DNA of 64,000 nt from Octopus vulgaris (GCA_951406725.2 OX597838.1:37758001-37822000), one strand, 5' to 3'. Shown: positions 1-12,304, counted from the stretch's first letter. The notes: generated by a model not told the origin, from the letters alone. A program made the numbers and translations.

Positions 1-25
1 ACACAAGAAAAAAATAAACGTTAGA

Positions 26-230
26 TTCATTTCAACATTTAAATTTAATTTGTGTCGAAATATTTTCGTCGCTTTGAAGCCGCGCCATGTTCACTGAAAA
101 ATACTTCGTGCTGCATCACAAACGTTTCTTAGTGAACAGGCCGCAGTTTCCAAGTGACGACCTGTTTTGTTGTGGTTTCCCAGTGACGAAAATATTTTGA
201 CACAAAATTAAATTTAAATGTTGAAGTGAA
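26..230. repeat. Imperfect inverted repeat (probable Penelope-like pseudo-LTR fragments)
   Basis: 26-73 ttcatttcaacatttaaatttaatttgtgtcgaaatattttcgtcgct is the reverse complement of 181-230 with few mismatches. An inner pair tgttcact/agtgaaca is also present. Confidence 0.75.
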
Positions 231-398
231 CCTTCCTTCAAAGCACTGCTGTAAACAACAGAAGTGGATTCAGGAACGTTAAAACTCCGTGCGCATGCAC
301 AACTGAGGTCAAGGTCAATCTGTATCAAGCGGTTTTACCCTGTGTGCTTTAGCATTGTTACTATGACAACTGTCCATATACTTATTGATAAGACCTCA

Positions 399-400
399 TG

Positions 401-452
<52 letters not shown>

Positions 453-557
453 TGTATATATATGTATATATGTATGTATGTATATACATATATATGTATA
501 TATATGTATGTATGTATGTATATACATATATATGTATATATGGATGTATCTCTCTCT

Positions 558-617
<60 letters not shown>

Positions 618-685
618 GTATATGTATATATATATATATGTATGTATGGATGGATGGATGAATGGATGGATGGATATATATATAT
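399..685. repeat. (TA)n/(TATG)n/(GGAT)n microsatellite complex
   Basis: Directly visible simple repeats; source of the YI-repeat ORFs. Confidence 0.95.
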
Positions 686-1408
686 GTTTAGAAAAGTTAG
701 CGAAGCCAGAAAAGAAACGTGAAATCTCGGAGAAAATATATAAGAATAATAAAAAGAAAAGCTAAAATTCATCGTTATTCTATATAATAGTAGAGATAAA
801 AAAAAAAAACATGGAGTTGCTAAGTTGCTAAAATAGTATAACTGCAAAATTATTACATACAAAACCATTTATAATATCAGGAGCACAACGAATTACTTGT
901 ACTAATACATCTAAGTTTTATCGATGTAGAACTATATATATATAATATCGAGAATGCCAAAGTTTCCTTGTGTTACCATGTCTAACTTATGTCAGTGTCA
1001 TCGGTGAAATATCTCCCTCAAAGGAACTGTTTATTTATAATGCTTTTTTTTACCTTCTTTCTCATAAGAGCACTGATTGTAGATATTAATAGACCAATCG
1101 CATGCCTCGAGCTGGCACTAAATGTGAATTAGTTTGAAATAGAATCTATTATGTTTGTCGCATCCTAGTTTACTTATACAAAAATTGTCACTACCACATC
1201 TCTGTCTAGTTAAGTCACCTTCATTTGATTTATACGTAAGCTTTATAGGTATAGAAGATAAATGAAATCAGATATAGCGGTGCTAAAAATACAGCATTCG
1301 TACGACTGAATCAATGACATTAACTCTTTCTCTTTCAAGTTTGTCCTAAACATTCGCGCTTGTTTCCAGACTTTCAGTTAACTCATATTTCATACATTCT
1401 GAGTAATA

Positions 1409-2125
1409 TACGACGGGGTACCCAAAAGAGACCGGAATTATACAATATTATTTTATTCACCTAGTTTTACATGTTTACACTTTTATTGCCTTCGAATTAT
1501 TCTCCATCGGTCCAGACGCGTTTTCCATTGTTGGAAGCAATGCTGGAGCGTTTTGCGAAGTCGTTTTCTTCTTCATCTCTTCCACATCTGCAGATTCCAT
1601 AACACCAGCTTTCATCACCATTGATGAACTTCGAAATATGGTGCGGATCAACTTCCAACTATTCTTTCAGTTCACAAATCGTACTCAGTCGTGACTGCTT
1701 CTGATCTTCCATGAGAAAGCGAGGCACACATTTTGCTGCAACTCTTTTCATTTGCAAATCCCCGCTCAAAATTCGTTGGCAGGGACTCCTGGACACACCA
1801 GTCATATCAACAAGTTCGTCAATTGCTCATAAAGCAAGAAAACTACTCGTAAACTTGTGTTTTGCTCATGGCAGCGTCCTTGCGAACTGTTTGAAGCATC
1901 ACAACTGTTTCGACCGCCATTTTCTCCAACAAAAAATGGAAGAACGCTGTTCCTTCGTTTCAGCCATCGCAAAAATCGACGAACAGAGGAGAAGCACCGC
2001 AAAACAAAGATGCACCACATGGCAGTATGATCCCCACCATACAACGTCGGTCGGCAGACTGATGATTGAGGGTCGCATCAAGTTGCTTCTAGCAGCAGAA
2101 CGTATGGACGGACGAAGTACTGTTA
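1409..2125 (-). mobile_element. Degenerate, internally deleted mariner (Tc1/mariner) transposon
   Basis: Minus-strand translations give MAETKEQR..ETVVMLQT..DAAMSKTQVYE (HTH N-terminus, ATG at 1967), MKRVAAKCVPRFL..INGDESWCYG (first catalytic D) and C-terminal FQQWKTRLD. A TIR-like tacgacggggtacccaaaag starts at 1409. Stops and frameshifts are present; the right boundary is approximate. Confidence 0.85.
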
Positions 2126-2339
2126 AGCAATTTCCTTGGTGTGCTCACGGTTCTGTCAGCTCGCCGCTGGTCGTATCTGAATATTGATTTCATTCTGTCT
2201 TCACGTTATAAATGACGTTCTCGTCTAGATTGACTCAACTAATAATATCTGATGTCCGTAACATCTAAGTAACACCACCAAAACCAAACCAAACCATGAT
2301 AAGCACCGCACCACATTTGACCAAACCACAATAAATGGT

Positions 2340-2640
2340 TATTTGTTTGTTCCTTCTCGAGACATGCCTGGCTCATAAGGGCCGGTTTCCCGGTTTCCCA
2401 GGTTCTCCACCTTGAAGGGACGTCTGTCCATCGCAGGTGAGCTGCAAGATGCAGGAGGAAAGAGTAAGAGAAAGTTTGTCGAAAGAGTCAGCAGAAGTTC
2501 GACGCCATTATCTTCTGCCGGAGCGGCGTGGAGCTCAGGTGTTTCGCTCATAAACACACACATCGCCCGTTCTGAGATTCGAACCCGCGATCCTTCGACC
2601 GAGAGTCCGCTGCTCTAACCACTAGGCTATGTGCCTCCAC
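2340..2640 (-). mobile_element. tRNA-derived SINE (family D head)
   Basis: Minus strand begins gtggaggcacatagcctagtggttagagcagcggact..gggttcgaatc (Pol III A and B boxes); the same head occurs at 53276-53660. Confidence 0.8.
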
Positions 2641-2721
2641 TTATATAATTATTTGGGTCGATTCATTCGACTAAAATTCTATGCTGCTCCAGCATGGCAG
2701 CAGTCTAATAACTGAGACAAA

Positions 2722-3027
2722 TCTTTATATATAAAATTAAAGTTGTGTGTGTGAGACTCTGTCTCCTCCGATTTAGATTCCTAACTACTCCCACATTTTT
2801 CGGTGCAGTTTAACCAAAACCGAGTATCTTATAGTCGTGATTCATATCGAGCCCTTCTGGGTACTAGCGCGCGTCTACGATGAGTCTACGATTAAAAAAA
2901 AATTTACCATCATTTTCCCGCATTTTTAATGATTTTTGCTCGGATTATATAAGAGAAGTAACTCTCTAAAAATGCTTATATAGTTATTTCCCTTACAAAC
3001 CCGAGCAACGCCGAGCGATACTGCTAG
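2722..3027 (+). mobile_element. Non-autonomous Helitron
   Basis: 5' TC, 3' CTAG, subterminal GC hairpin (cccgagcaacgccgag), inserted between A and T with no TSD inside a SINE-A tail fragment; second copy at 32376-32675. Confidence 0.85.
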
Positions 3028-4080
3028 TAAAAAATAAAAGATTCTGCTATTCTCTGCCGCCTCCACATAAAACAACAAAGAGACTATGAAACTACAAAAA
3101 GAAAATTGGTTCTTCGTCGGTCTCGACGAGGAGTGTTCTAGTAGTTCCGATCAACAGAACATCCCCTTCGTGATATGGAGGAGAAATTTGTGGTCCTCTT
3201 CCATAAGGGAGTGACAGTGGAGCGCCGCTTTGTTGGCATGCTCAAAACGAAGGGCCGAGGGGAGGGGATCCTGTCCTGCACGAAGGACCCTGACTGGCCT
3301 TTGCAGGTGGCTGCGAAGGTCATGAGGGAGAACGACCTGTTCTGGATAACGGATTCGTTCCCCAAGGATACCTAAAGATTTACGTTGAATTGGCCCGACT
3401 TGGAACCGTCCAGGTGTTTTCATGAGGCGAGAAGACTGGTCGGGAAGAAGATTGTATTTTTGATACCTAAATGGATTTGTGTAAGAGGTTCATTACCTCA
3501 AAGGAGCTTCGTATGTATTCCACGTAAGAGGTATATTTGCCTCCTTAATGTTGTTTTGGTTAGAGGTTTATTGCCTCAATATATTTTATAAAAGAACAAT
3601 GTGCCCAGGTATACAGCAAACGGTAGTCGCTGCTATTGCCCTCATTTTTCACCATTTCATTTGTCATTCATATCATCATGTGTCTGTGTCCAGCCCGCAG
3701 CTTCCTTTCTGTTGTGGCCAATTAAATGAAATAATGAAATAAAGAACAGCCTGCACGTGAAATTAAAGCAGAAACCGGCTGAGCGTAGTTCTCTGGTTGA
3801 CTTAGGATGACAGAGAATTCGCCAGTGTTGGCCCTTCGAACACCCTAAGCCACGCACCTTCACATCACACTACACCACCACCACCACACCACCACCACCA
3901 CCACCAAGAACAACAATAACAATAACAACAACAGTATAGGATAAAAACAAAAGCTTATCGATTCCAAAGTGGCCGAATGAAATCATTAAGTAACCAAATA
4001 CATGATAAACATATCCCTGGGTCAGGGAGAAGCGACCCGAGAGAACACAACTGTACATCTCGGATAATTATACATATCAT

Positions 4081-4860
4081 ATTCTTCTTCTTCTTCTTCT
4101 TCTTCTTCTTCTTCTTCTTCTTCTTCTTCTTGTCCCCTTCCTCCTCCTCCTCCTCCTTCTTCGCCCTTTCCTCCTCTTTCCAATATTTCTACAGTTTCTT
4201 TTTCTTGCTCCCTTTCTCCTTTTCCGCTTTTTCCTCCTCCTTCTTCTTCTTCTTCTTCTTCTTCTTCTTCTTCTCCTTCTTCTTCCTCTTCTTGTCCCCT
4301 TCCTCCTCCTCCACCTTCGCCTCTTTGTCTCCTTCCTCTATTTCTACTGTTTCTTTTTCTTGCTCCCTTTCTCCTTTTCCGCCTCCCCCTCCTCCTCCTT
4401 CTTCTTCTTCTTCTTCTCTTCCTCCTCCTCCTTCTTCTTCTTCTTCTTCTTTTTCTTCTTCTTCTCCTTCTTCTTCCTCTTCTTGTCCCCTTCCTCCTCC
4501 TCCACCTTCGCCTCTTTGTCTCCTTCCTCTATTTCTACTGTTTCTTTTTCTTGCTCCCTTTCTCCTTTTCCGCCTCCTCCTCCTCCTCCTCCACCTTCTT
4601 CTTCTTCTTCTTCTTCTTCTCCTCCTCCATCTTCTCCTCCTCCATCTTCTTCTTCTTCTTCTTCTTCTTCTTCTTCTTTCTTCTTCTTCTTCCTCTTCTT
4701 GTCCCCTTCCTCCTCCTCCACCTTCGCCTCTTTGTCTCTTTCCTCTATTTCTCCTGTTTCTTTTTCTTGCTCCCTTTCTCCTTTTCATCCTCCTCCTCTT
4801 CCTTCATCTTCATCTCCTCCTCCTTTTTCTTCTCCTCCACCTGCACCTCCTCATCCCTCC
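4081..4860. repeat. Polypyrimidine (CTT)n/(CCT)n array with a higher-order ~100-bp unit repeated 4 times
   Basis: Unit cttgtccccttcctcctcctccaccttcgcctctttgtctccttcctctatttctactgtttctttttcttgctccctttctcctttt recurs near 4128, 4291, 4482 and 4697. Confidence 0.9.
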
Positions 4861-5044
4861 ATTATCATCTTTCGCTTGTTCACCATTCGCCATTTATCGT
4901 CTGTTTTTCATCACATTATCTCGCAGCACTACCACCGAAGCTTTACCCAGACCAGTAACCACTCGGTAACTGTAGCATGAACAAATTGTCACACAATTAT
5001 ATTTTTGCCAAATTTCAATCAGCTAAATCGATCTCTGAATTGAT

Positions 5045-5264
5045 TTACTCTCTCTCTTTTACTTGTTTCAGTCATTTGACTGCGGCCATGCTGGAGCACC
5101 GCCTTTAGTCGAGCAAATCGACCCCGGGACTGATTCTTTGTAAGCCCAGTACTTATTCTATCAGTCTCTTTTGCAGAACCGCTAAGTGACGGGGACGTAA
5201 ACACACCAGCATCGGTTGTCAAGCAATGCTAGGGGGACAAACACAGACACACAAACACATACAA

Positions 5265-5321
<57 letters not shown>

Positions 5322-5475
5322 TACGACAGGCTTCTTTCAGTTTCCGTCTACCAAATCCACTCACAAGGCATTGGTCGGCCCAGGGCTATAGCAGAAGACA
5401 CTTGCCCATGATGCCACGCAGTGAGACTGAATCCGGAACCATGTGGTTGGTTAGCAAGCTACTTACCACACAGCC
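5045..5475 (-). mobile_element. tRNA-derived SINE family A (central (TA)n/(TG)n, CR1/L2-like tail)
   Basis: Head ggctgtgtggtaag..ggttccggattcagtc; tail ggcggtgctccagcatggccgcagtcaaatgactgaaacaagtaaaagag; more than 12 copies or fragments in the window. Confidence 0.9.
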
Positions 5476-5779
5476 TATTTTTTAATAACCTCAAGAAGCA
5501 ACCCGACCCCACAAAAAAAAAGGCAAAAATTTAAGTTGACTTCCACTGGGTTTTGAACTCTTGCTTCAAACCATTATAATTAATAATTCCATTTGTTGCA
5601 GTTCGTATTTGTGTCATTGTTAAATCGACTTGTTGACGGGATAGTCGGTTGGTTGGTCGATTGATGTGTCTGGTTGCTTGACTGGCTGGTTGGCTGGCGA
5701 GTTGGCTGGCTTTGTTTGTTTTGATGCTTTAATGAATTCATCTTATCTCCCTTTCGTACCCTCCCCTCTCATACTGATG

Positions 5780-5787
<8 letters not shown>

Positions 5788-5848
<61 letters not shown>

Positions 5849-6066
5849 TACATACACACACACACATATATACAAATTATACGTAAATATACAAATATAT
5901 ATATATATATATGTGTATACACACACACACACACATATATATACGTATATAAATGTATATATATATACATACACAAAATTATATATCTGTACACATATAT
6001 CTATATCTATATATACATACACATATTTATACACATATACATGCATGTATATGCATACACACACAC

Positions 6067-6150
<84 letters not shown>

Positions 6151-6337
6151 TTAGACATGCACAAAAAATTGCATGTATATAAATGTATATATGCGTCTGT
6201 GAATGCTAAAGTTATGAGTATATATATACATATGCATGTGCGAGTATATAAATCTTTACACACATACACACAAACACACACTCTCTCTCTCTCTCACACA
6301 CACACATACACATAAATAAACACAGAAGGAGAGTCAG

Positions 6338-6387
<50 letters not shown>

Positions 6388-6390
6388 GAA
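5788..6390. repeat. (CT)n/(TA)n/(CA)n microsatellite complex
   Basis: Directly visible. Confidence 0.95.
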
Positions 6391-6750
6391 CATATACACT
6401 TCTAAATACATAATTTGCAATACATCTGTGTAAAATCGTGTAGGTATACATGTGGGCGTGCTTGGGTATGTGTACGTCTGACTCGGTTTGTCTATCTGTT
6501 TGTCTGTCTGTTTGTCTGTATACCTGTGAATATGAAAAATGAATAATTGAATGAATATGACCAGGTGTCATTGAGATATTCCCCAAGATGGTAACACTCT
6601 ACGTCTTCGATAATTATCTGAAAGTTTTCAAAAACATAATGCATTCCGTTTTTTTTCTTCTTCTTGTGCGCTTTCTTCTTTAACATACAAACAAATGTAT
6701 GTGTAGAGAAATGTCATATATATATATATATATAACAGATAGATAGATAA

Positions 6751-6784
<34 letters not shown>

Positions 6785-6813
6785 CAGATAGATAGATAGA
6801 TGTAGATATATAT

Positions 6814-6850
6814 AAGCAAGCCACACATTTCCTAAAATATATATCTCTAC

Positions 6851-6928
<78 letters not shown>

Positions 6929-7014
6929 GATACATAGATAGATAGATATCTACATATATATCTACATCTATCTATCTATCTGTATATATATATATACATC
7001 TATCTATCTGTATG

Positions 7015-7088
<74 letters not shown>

Positions 7089-7159
7089 ATATCTATCTAT
7101 CTATCTGTATATATATGTATACGTAGAGATATATATTTTGGGAAATGTGTGGCTTGCTT
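6814..7159. repeat. 42-bp inverted repeat enclosing (TA)n/(GATA)n
   Basis: 6814-6855 aagcaagccacacatttcctaaaatatatatctctacgtata versus 7118-7159, one mismatch. Confidence 0.85.
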
Positions 7160-7414
7160 GAAGCATTGCGGAATATGTAGAAAATCAGTAAGTCTCAGAC
7201 GGAGATAGCGAAACGGAGCGAATATTAAATATAAACAAATGACAACCCAACAATTGAAGTATTGAAATGTTATCTTAAAAATACTCAATTAGTCGTTACG
7301 TTGGGGTTAAGAACCCTTTTAAGAAATCATTAAGAAGACAAGATGGATCTACATACATGTATACATATGAATACATGTATACACACACACACACACGCAT
7401 ACACACAAATAGAG

Positions 7415-7469
<55 letters not shown>

Positions 7470-7489
7470 TTTTTCTTTTATTCTTTTCT

Positions 7490-7552
7490 TCCTTTATTTG
7501 TTTCATTAATTTAACTGCAGCCATGCTGGACCACCACCTTTTAGTGTACACA

Positions 7553-7616
<64 letters not shown>

Positions 7617-7751
7617 CGATGGGCTTCTTTCAGTTTCCGTCTACCAAATCGACTTACAAGGCTTTGGTCGGCTCGAGGCAAGAGCAGAAGACTGAACCCG
7701 AAACCATGTGGTTGGGAAGCAAGCTACTTACCACACAGCCACTCCTGCGCC
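7490..7751 (-). mobile_element. SINE family A, internally deleted
   Basis: Head ggcgcaggagtggctgtgtggtaag and tail fragment joined over (CA)n(TA)n. Confidence 0.8.
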
Positions 7752-7761
7752 TATATATATG

Positions 7762-7844
<83 letters not shown>

Positions 7845-7921
7845 GTATATGTGATAGATCGTTAGCTCCTACACGCAATTTTTTTCTCTCCTTGTTTCTC
7901 TCCTTGTTTCTTTTCTGTGTA

Positions 7922-7959
7922 TCTTTCTGTCGAAGAGCATAGGCTCGAAACGTAAAAGA
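7922..7959 (+). ncRNA. Minimal type I hammerhead-like motif, A6U core (family F4) within a PLE-like repeat (~7875-8060)
   Basis: TCTTT-CTGTCGA-A-GAGC(ATAG)GCTC-GAAA-CG-TA/AAAGA; palindromic ACGT stem III; GUA triplet; 3 more copies at 46-48 kb. Confidence 0.65.
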
Positions 7960-8056
7960 CTTTTTCTATTTCTATTCCTTAACGCTATACTAATACATTT
8001 ATTTGTCTGTACTCCACCTGCATTCGTCTTTTGTTTATTTTCGTAAGCTTTCCCTT

Positions 8057-8135
<79 letters not shown>

Positions 8136-8167
8136 TATATATACATGCACACACACACACACACACA

Positions 8168-8204
<37 letters not shown>

Positions 8205-8496
8205 ATATGTTGTTTTCACTGTCCTGTTTGTGTTACCAAATTTGGCCTACCGCAAAATCCCAAATTTTATTTCTTTTGCTTTGCGGGAGCAACTGTTTTA
8301 TGGAACGGTTATATTGTTGATAAATGCTCGAAATCCGAGACTAGAAAAACATCCAACAACTAATGAAGGGTCGTTCTTTATGTTGTTTGTCTTGTTTTCC
8401 ATTAGTGTCTTTCGTTGTTCGAAAACATAGTCCATATTCCATGTACTTGTACTTCGATCTCTTTCGTTGTAACCCCATTATGCCATATGCCCACTG

Positions 8497-8543
8497 GCAT
8501 ATGGCATAGTGGTTAAGAGCGCGGGCTATTAACCCAAAGATTC

Positions 8544-8588
<45 letters not shown>

Positions 8589-8745
8589 TACATCGAAAAA
8601 TACCTTAGGAAGGAGAACCCAGCTTCGAAATTTCCCCAATGCACCTGATGAAGGCTGGAGGGTATATCAACTGAAACGTTGTGTTAAAAACAAACACGGT
8701 GATGACAAATATCCGTCAAATGTAAATAATATAAATAATGTAAAT
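8497..8745 (+). mobile_element. tRNA-like head + (AAT)n + hammerhead-bearing repeat (family F5)
   Basis: tggcatagtggttaagagcgcgggcta (A-box-like) at ~8503. Body acatcgaaaaataccttagg..gcacCTGATGAaggctg..GAAAcgttgtgtt is also seen at 33205-33277 (-) and 37888-38005 (+). Confidence 0.6.
8641..8684 (+). ncRNA. Minimal type I hammerhead motif (F5), stem II partly decayed
   Basis: GCAC-CTGATGA-aggctg..caact-GAAA-CG-TT/GTGT. Confidence 0.6.
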
Positions 8746-9016
8746 AATACACATAGTTTAGATATAAAAGTCCTGGATTTTCCTCAGGAATTCCACAGTG
8801 TTTGTTGAGTATATAATTGGTGATTTGTGTTCCACAATGACGTATTAGGGCTTCAGAAACTTTGAAATTGCCGGAGAAATTTTGAAGATATCCAGGGATT
8901 TCAGGATCCATGAATGCGGTATGCTGTCAAAAGCCTTTTTACACTCAATGCATGCACGAATGATATTTCTGTGCTTGTTATGACAGTTCTCAAGGTTCAT
9001 GCGATCATCATCATCA

Positions 9017-9019
<3 letters not shown>

Positions 9020-9091
<72 letters not shown>

Positions 9092-9181
9092 TATGTTTGA
9101 CTTTTGCTTTATATTTGTACAAGTTGGCTCCAAGTCTCACCCAGAGACCTCAAGAGACAACAGGGTTGGAAGTTCATGTTG

Positions 9182-9275
<94 letters not shown>

Positions 9276-9282
9276 CATTCTT

Positions 9283-9313
<31 letters not shown>

Positions 9314-9335
9314 TTATTATTATTATTATTATTAA
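9020..9335. repeat. (TAA)n tails with a duplicated LINE 3' terminus (9090-9186)
   Basis: 9090-9186 is nearly identical to 9336-9432, and each is followed on the minus strand by (TAA)n. Confidence 0.9.
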
Positions 9336-10060
9336 TCTATGTTTGACTTTTGCTTTATATTTGTACAAGTTGGCTCCAAGTCTCACCCAGAGACCTCAAG
9401 AAACAACAGGTTGGAAGTTCACGTTGTTGTTATGCCTAGAGTGCCATATATTTGGGGGTGGGTTGTACTAGCGAATGTCTAAAATAAAAGTTTGTTTTAA
9501 ACCTTGAGATTACATAGAAAGTATTTTGCGTAGGATATGAGCAGTTCCCATGAGCACTATCTTTTGAATTTCTGCCATTTTGGGGTTTCCTAGTATCTGA
9601 GTTAGGTAGCAATCAGCCCCTTTTGCTATCATTCCCAGGGCACCTATGACAACAGGTATTGTTTTAGTCTTCAGGTTCCACATTTTCTTGATTTCTATTT
9701 AATGATCTTTATATTTGCTCAGTTTTTGGTAGGTCTTGACAGATACGTTTATATCGATTGAGACAGTCATATCAATGAGGATGCATATTCTTTGTCTGAA
9801 GTCTTTCAATATGATGTCTGGCCTATTTACATCGATCTTTCTGTCAGTTTGAATGGTGAAGTTCCAGAGGAGTGAGATGTGGTCATTTTCAAGCACTGGA
9901 GGTGGTTTGTGTTCCCACCAGTTTTTTTCATGGGCAAATCCAGGATTTTGCAAATTACCCAGTGAATATATTGTGCAGCTCTATCGTGCCTGTTGAGATA
10001 CTCTGTAGGCGCTAGAAGACTGCACTTGGAGACAACATGATCAATGGTTTCATTTTGTTT
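9336..10060 (-). mobile_element. 5'-truncated R4/Dong-type RLE non-LTR retrotransposon (second family)
   Basis: Minus strand encodes ETIDHVVSKC..RHD..LWNFTIQTDRKIDVNRPDII..LIDM..KLSKYKD..IPVVIGALG..GTAHILRKILSM* (stop 9510-9512), i.e. the end of a CCHC knuckle plus a PD-(D/E)xK endonuclease. It is flanked by (TAA)n on both sides. Confidence 0.9.
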
Positions 10061-10081
10061 TTATTATTGTTATTATTATTA

Positions 10082-10157
<76 letters not shown>

Positions 10158-10260
10158 CATCATCATCATTATAATTATCATTATTATTATTATTATTATA
10201 ATTATCATTATTATTATCATCATTGTTATCATTATTATTATTATTATTATTATTATCATT

Positions 10261-10295
<35 letters not shown>

Positions 10296-10418
10296 TATCA
10301 TTATTATTATTATTGTTATTGTTATTATCATCATTATTATTATTATCATCATCATCATTATTATTATTATTATTATAATTATCATTATTATTATTATTAT
10401 TATCATTATTATTATTAA

Positions 10419-10455
<37 letters not shown>

Positions 10456-10456
10456 G
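10060..10456. repeat. (TAT)n/(CAT)n microsatellite
   Basis: Directly visible. Confidence 0.95.
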
Positions 10457-11105
10457 TCTCATGACAACAGATTGAAGTCGTTACCGATCGGTTTCATGGT
10501 AGAGAGAACATTTTAGATATCAAGAAACATGACTGAACGTACAATTATAGTTGTACGTTCAGTCAATAATAATATTGATATCCCAGACCCCATTATGTCA
10601 TAGATATATCTATCTATTCTTTTCTTCATTTACTTCAACCACTTTTTCTCATTCCCTTTTCTCCTGTTTTTTCTACTAAAAACTCCCTTCTCATAAGCGC
10701 AATTTTCCTGTGTTTTGAAGCCTTAAATTGATATAATTTTAAAAACTTATCTCCAGCACGATGTTTGTTCTTGAACTTTTACATCGAAATTTTCGCGTAT
10801 ACATTTTCAAACACATTGGAGGGCAGCCATATTGGGACACCATCCTGAAAGGAGTTTTAAGCAAACGATTTTCTCCCCAAATAATTTTTAATTTTTAAGC
10901 CAAGTATTTATACCTGTCGATCCCTTCGGCAGAACCGATAAGTTAGGGGGAAGTGGGGACTAAAAACACACCGACACCGGTTGTGAAGCGGCGATGGTAC
11001 TGACACAAACATAAAATATCACAGTCACAGAAACATGGTCGCACACACATCACGCAATATACATACATACATGCACACACGCACAGACACACACACATAT
11101 ATATG

Positions 11106-11191
<86 letters not shown>

Positions 11192-11414
11192 TATACATAT
11201 ATATACATACATATTTAGATGCATTTACAGCTGTGTATGCATGTATATATATATATACATGCATATATATACCTATATATACATGTGTATATATATATAA
11301 TATGTATATACATATACATTTAGTATCCCTGCCAATTTTCAGCTCGATCCTAGCCTCGATTTGGCCGCCATTAACCGTCAAAGCAAAATGTGCATACAAT
11401 TTTCATCCAAGGAC

Positions 11415-11468
<54 letters not shown>

Positions 11469-11722
11469 GATATAGTGAATGTTTTTCATTTCCAAATTTA
11501 TTCCTGTCGAATTTTATCCGTTATTTTTGTGGTTTAAAGAACCTAGCTGTTCTTTCTAATGTGTTGAATTCACGTTAAGTGGATTCCTTATCTGTATATA
11601 CATTATATCGTATGACTAATATATAGTCTTCTTGACTAATTCTTTTGCACGTTAGACCACTGGAAATTTAAATTTTGATTGAATATTTTAATTTTAATTA
11701 AATTCCATTTCCCTTTGATATG

Positions 11723-11837
<115 letters not shown>

Positions 11838-12240
11838 TCAGCTATTTTATGATTTAAAACTCCTTGCATGAAATTTTTTATCTGTTTGTTTTAAACAAGT
11901 ATTACCCTAAGGAGACTTATATGCAAAAATGTGAATTTTTATAAGTTCATTAGTTGATATCAGTCGGAACAAATTGTTGGAATCATATTTGTTTTAATTA
12001 TATGTTATATTATATTACATTATATCTTTATATAGTATGATTATATTATATTATAATGTAAATAAATTTTCAATATGTCAATTGTATTTCTGCATTTCCT
12101 GTAATATTTTTATATTGTAATCATACCATTTTATTTGTGGTATTCAACTGATGTACCAGTGAGAACTGGATGTTTTCCATCCTTTTGAAGGAAATAGTCT
12201 TTTCATTAGTTTGTTTTAATATGTATGTATGTATGGTAAG

Positions 12241-12298
<58 letters not shown>

Positions 12299-12304
12299 CA
12301 AGGG

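Noticed and set aside
3977-4980. 200-330-aa Pro/Ser/Glu/Lys-rich ORFs
   Set aside because: Open in nearly all frames because of the (CTT/CCT)n composition
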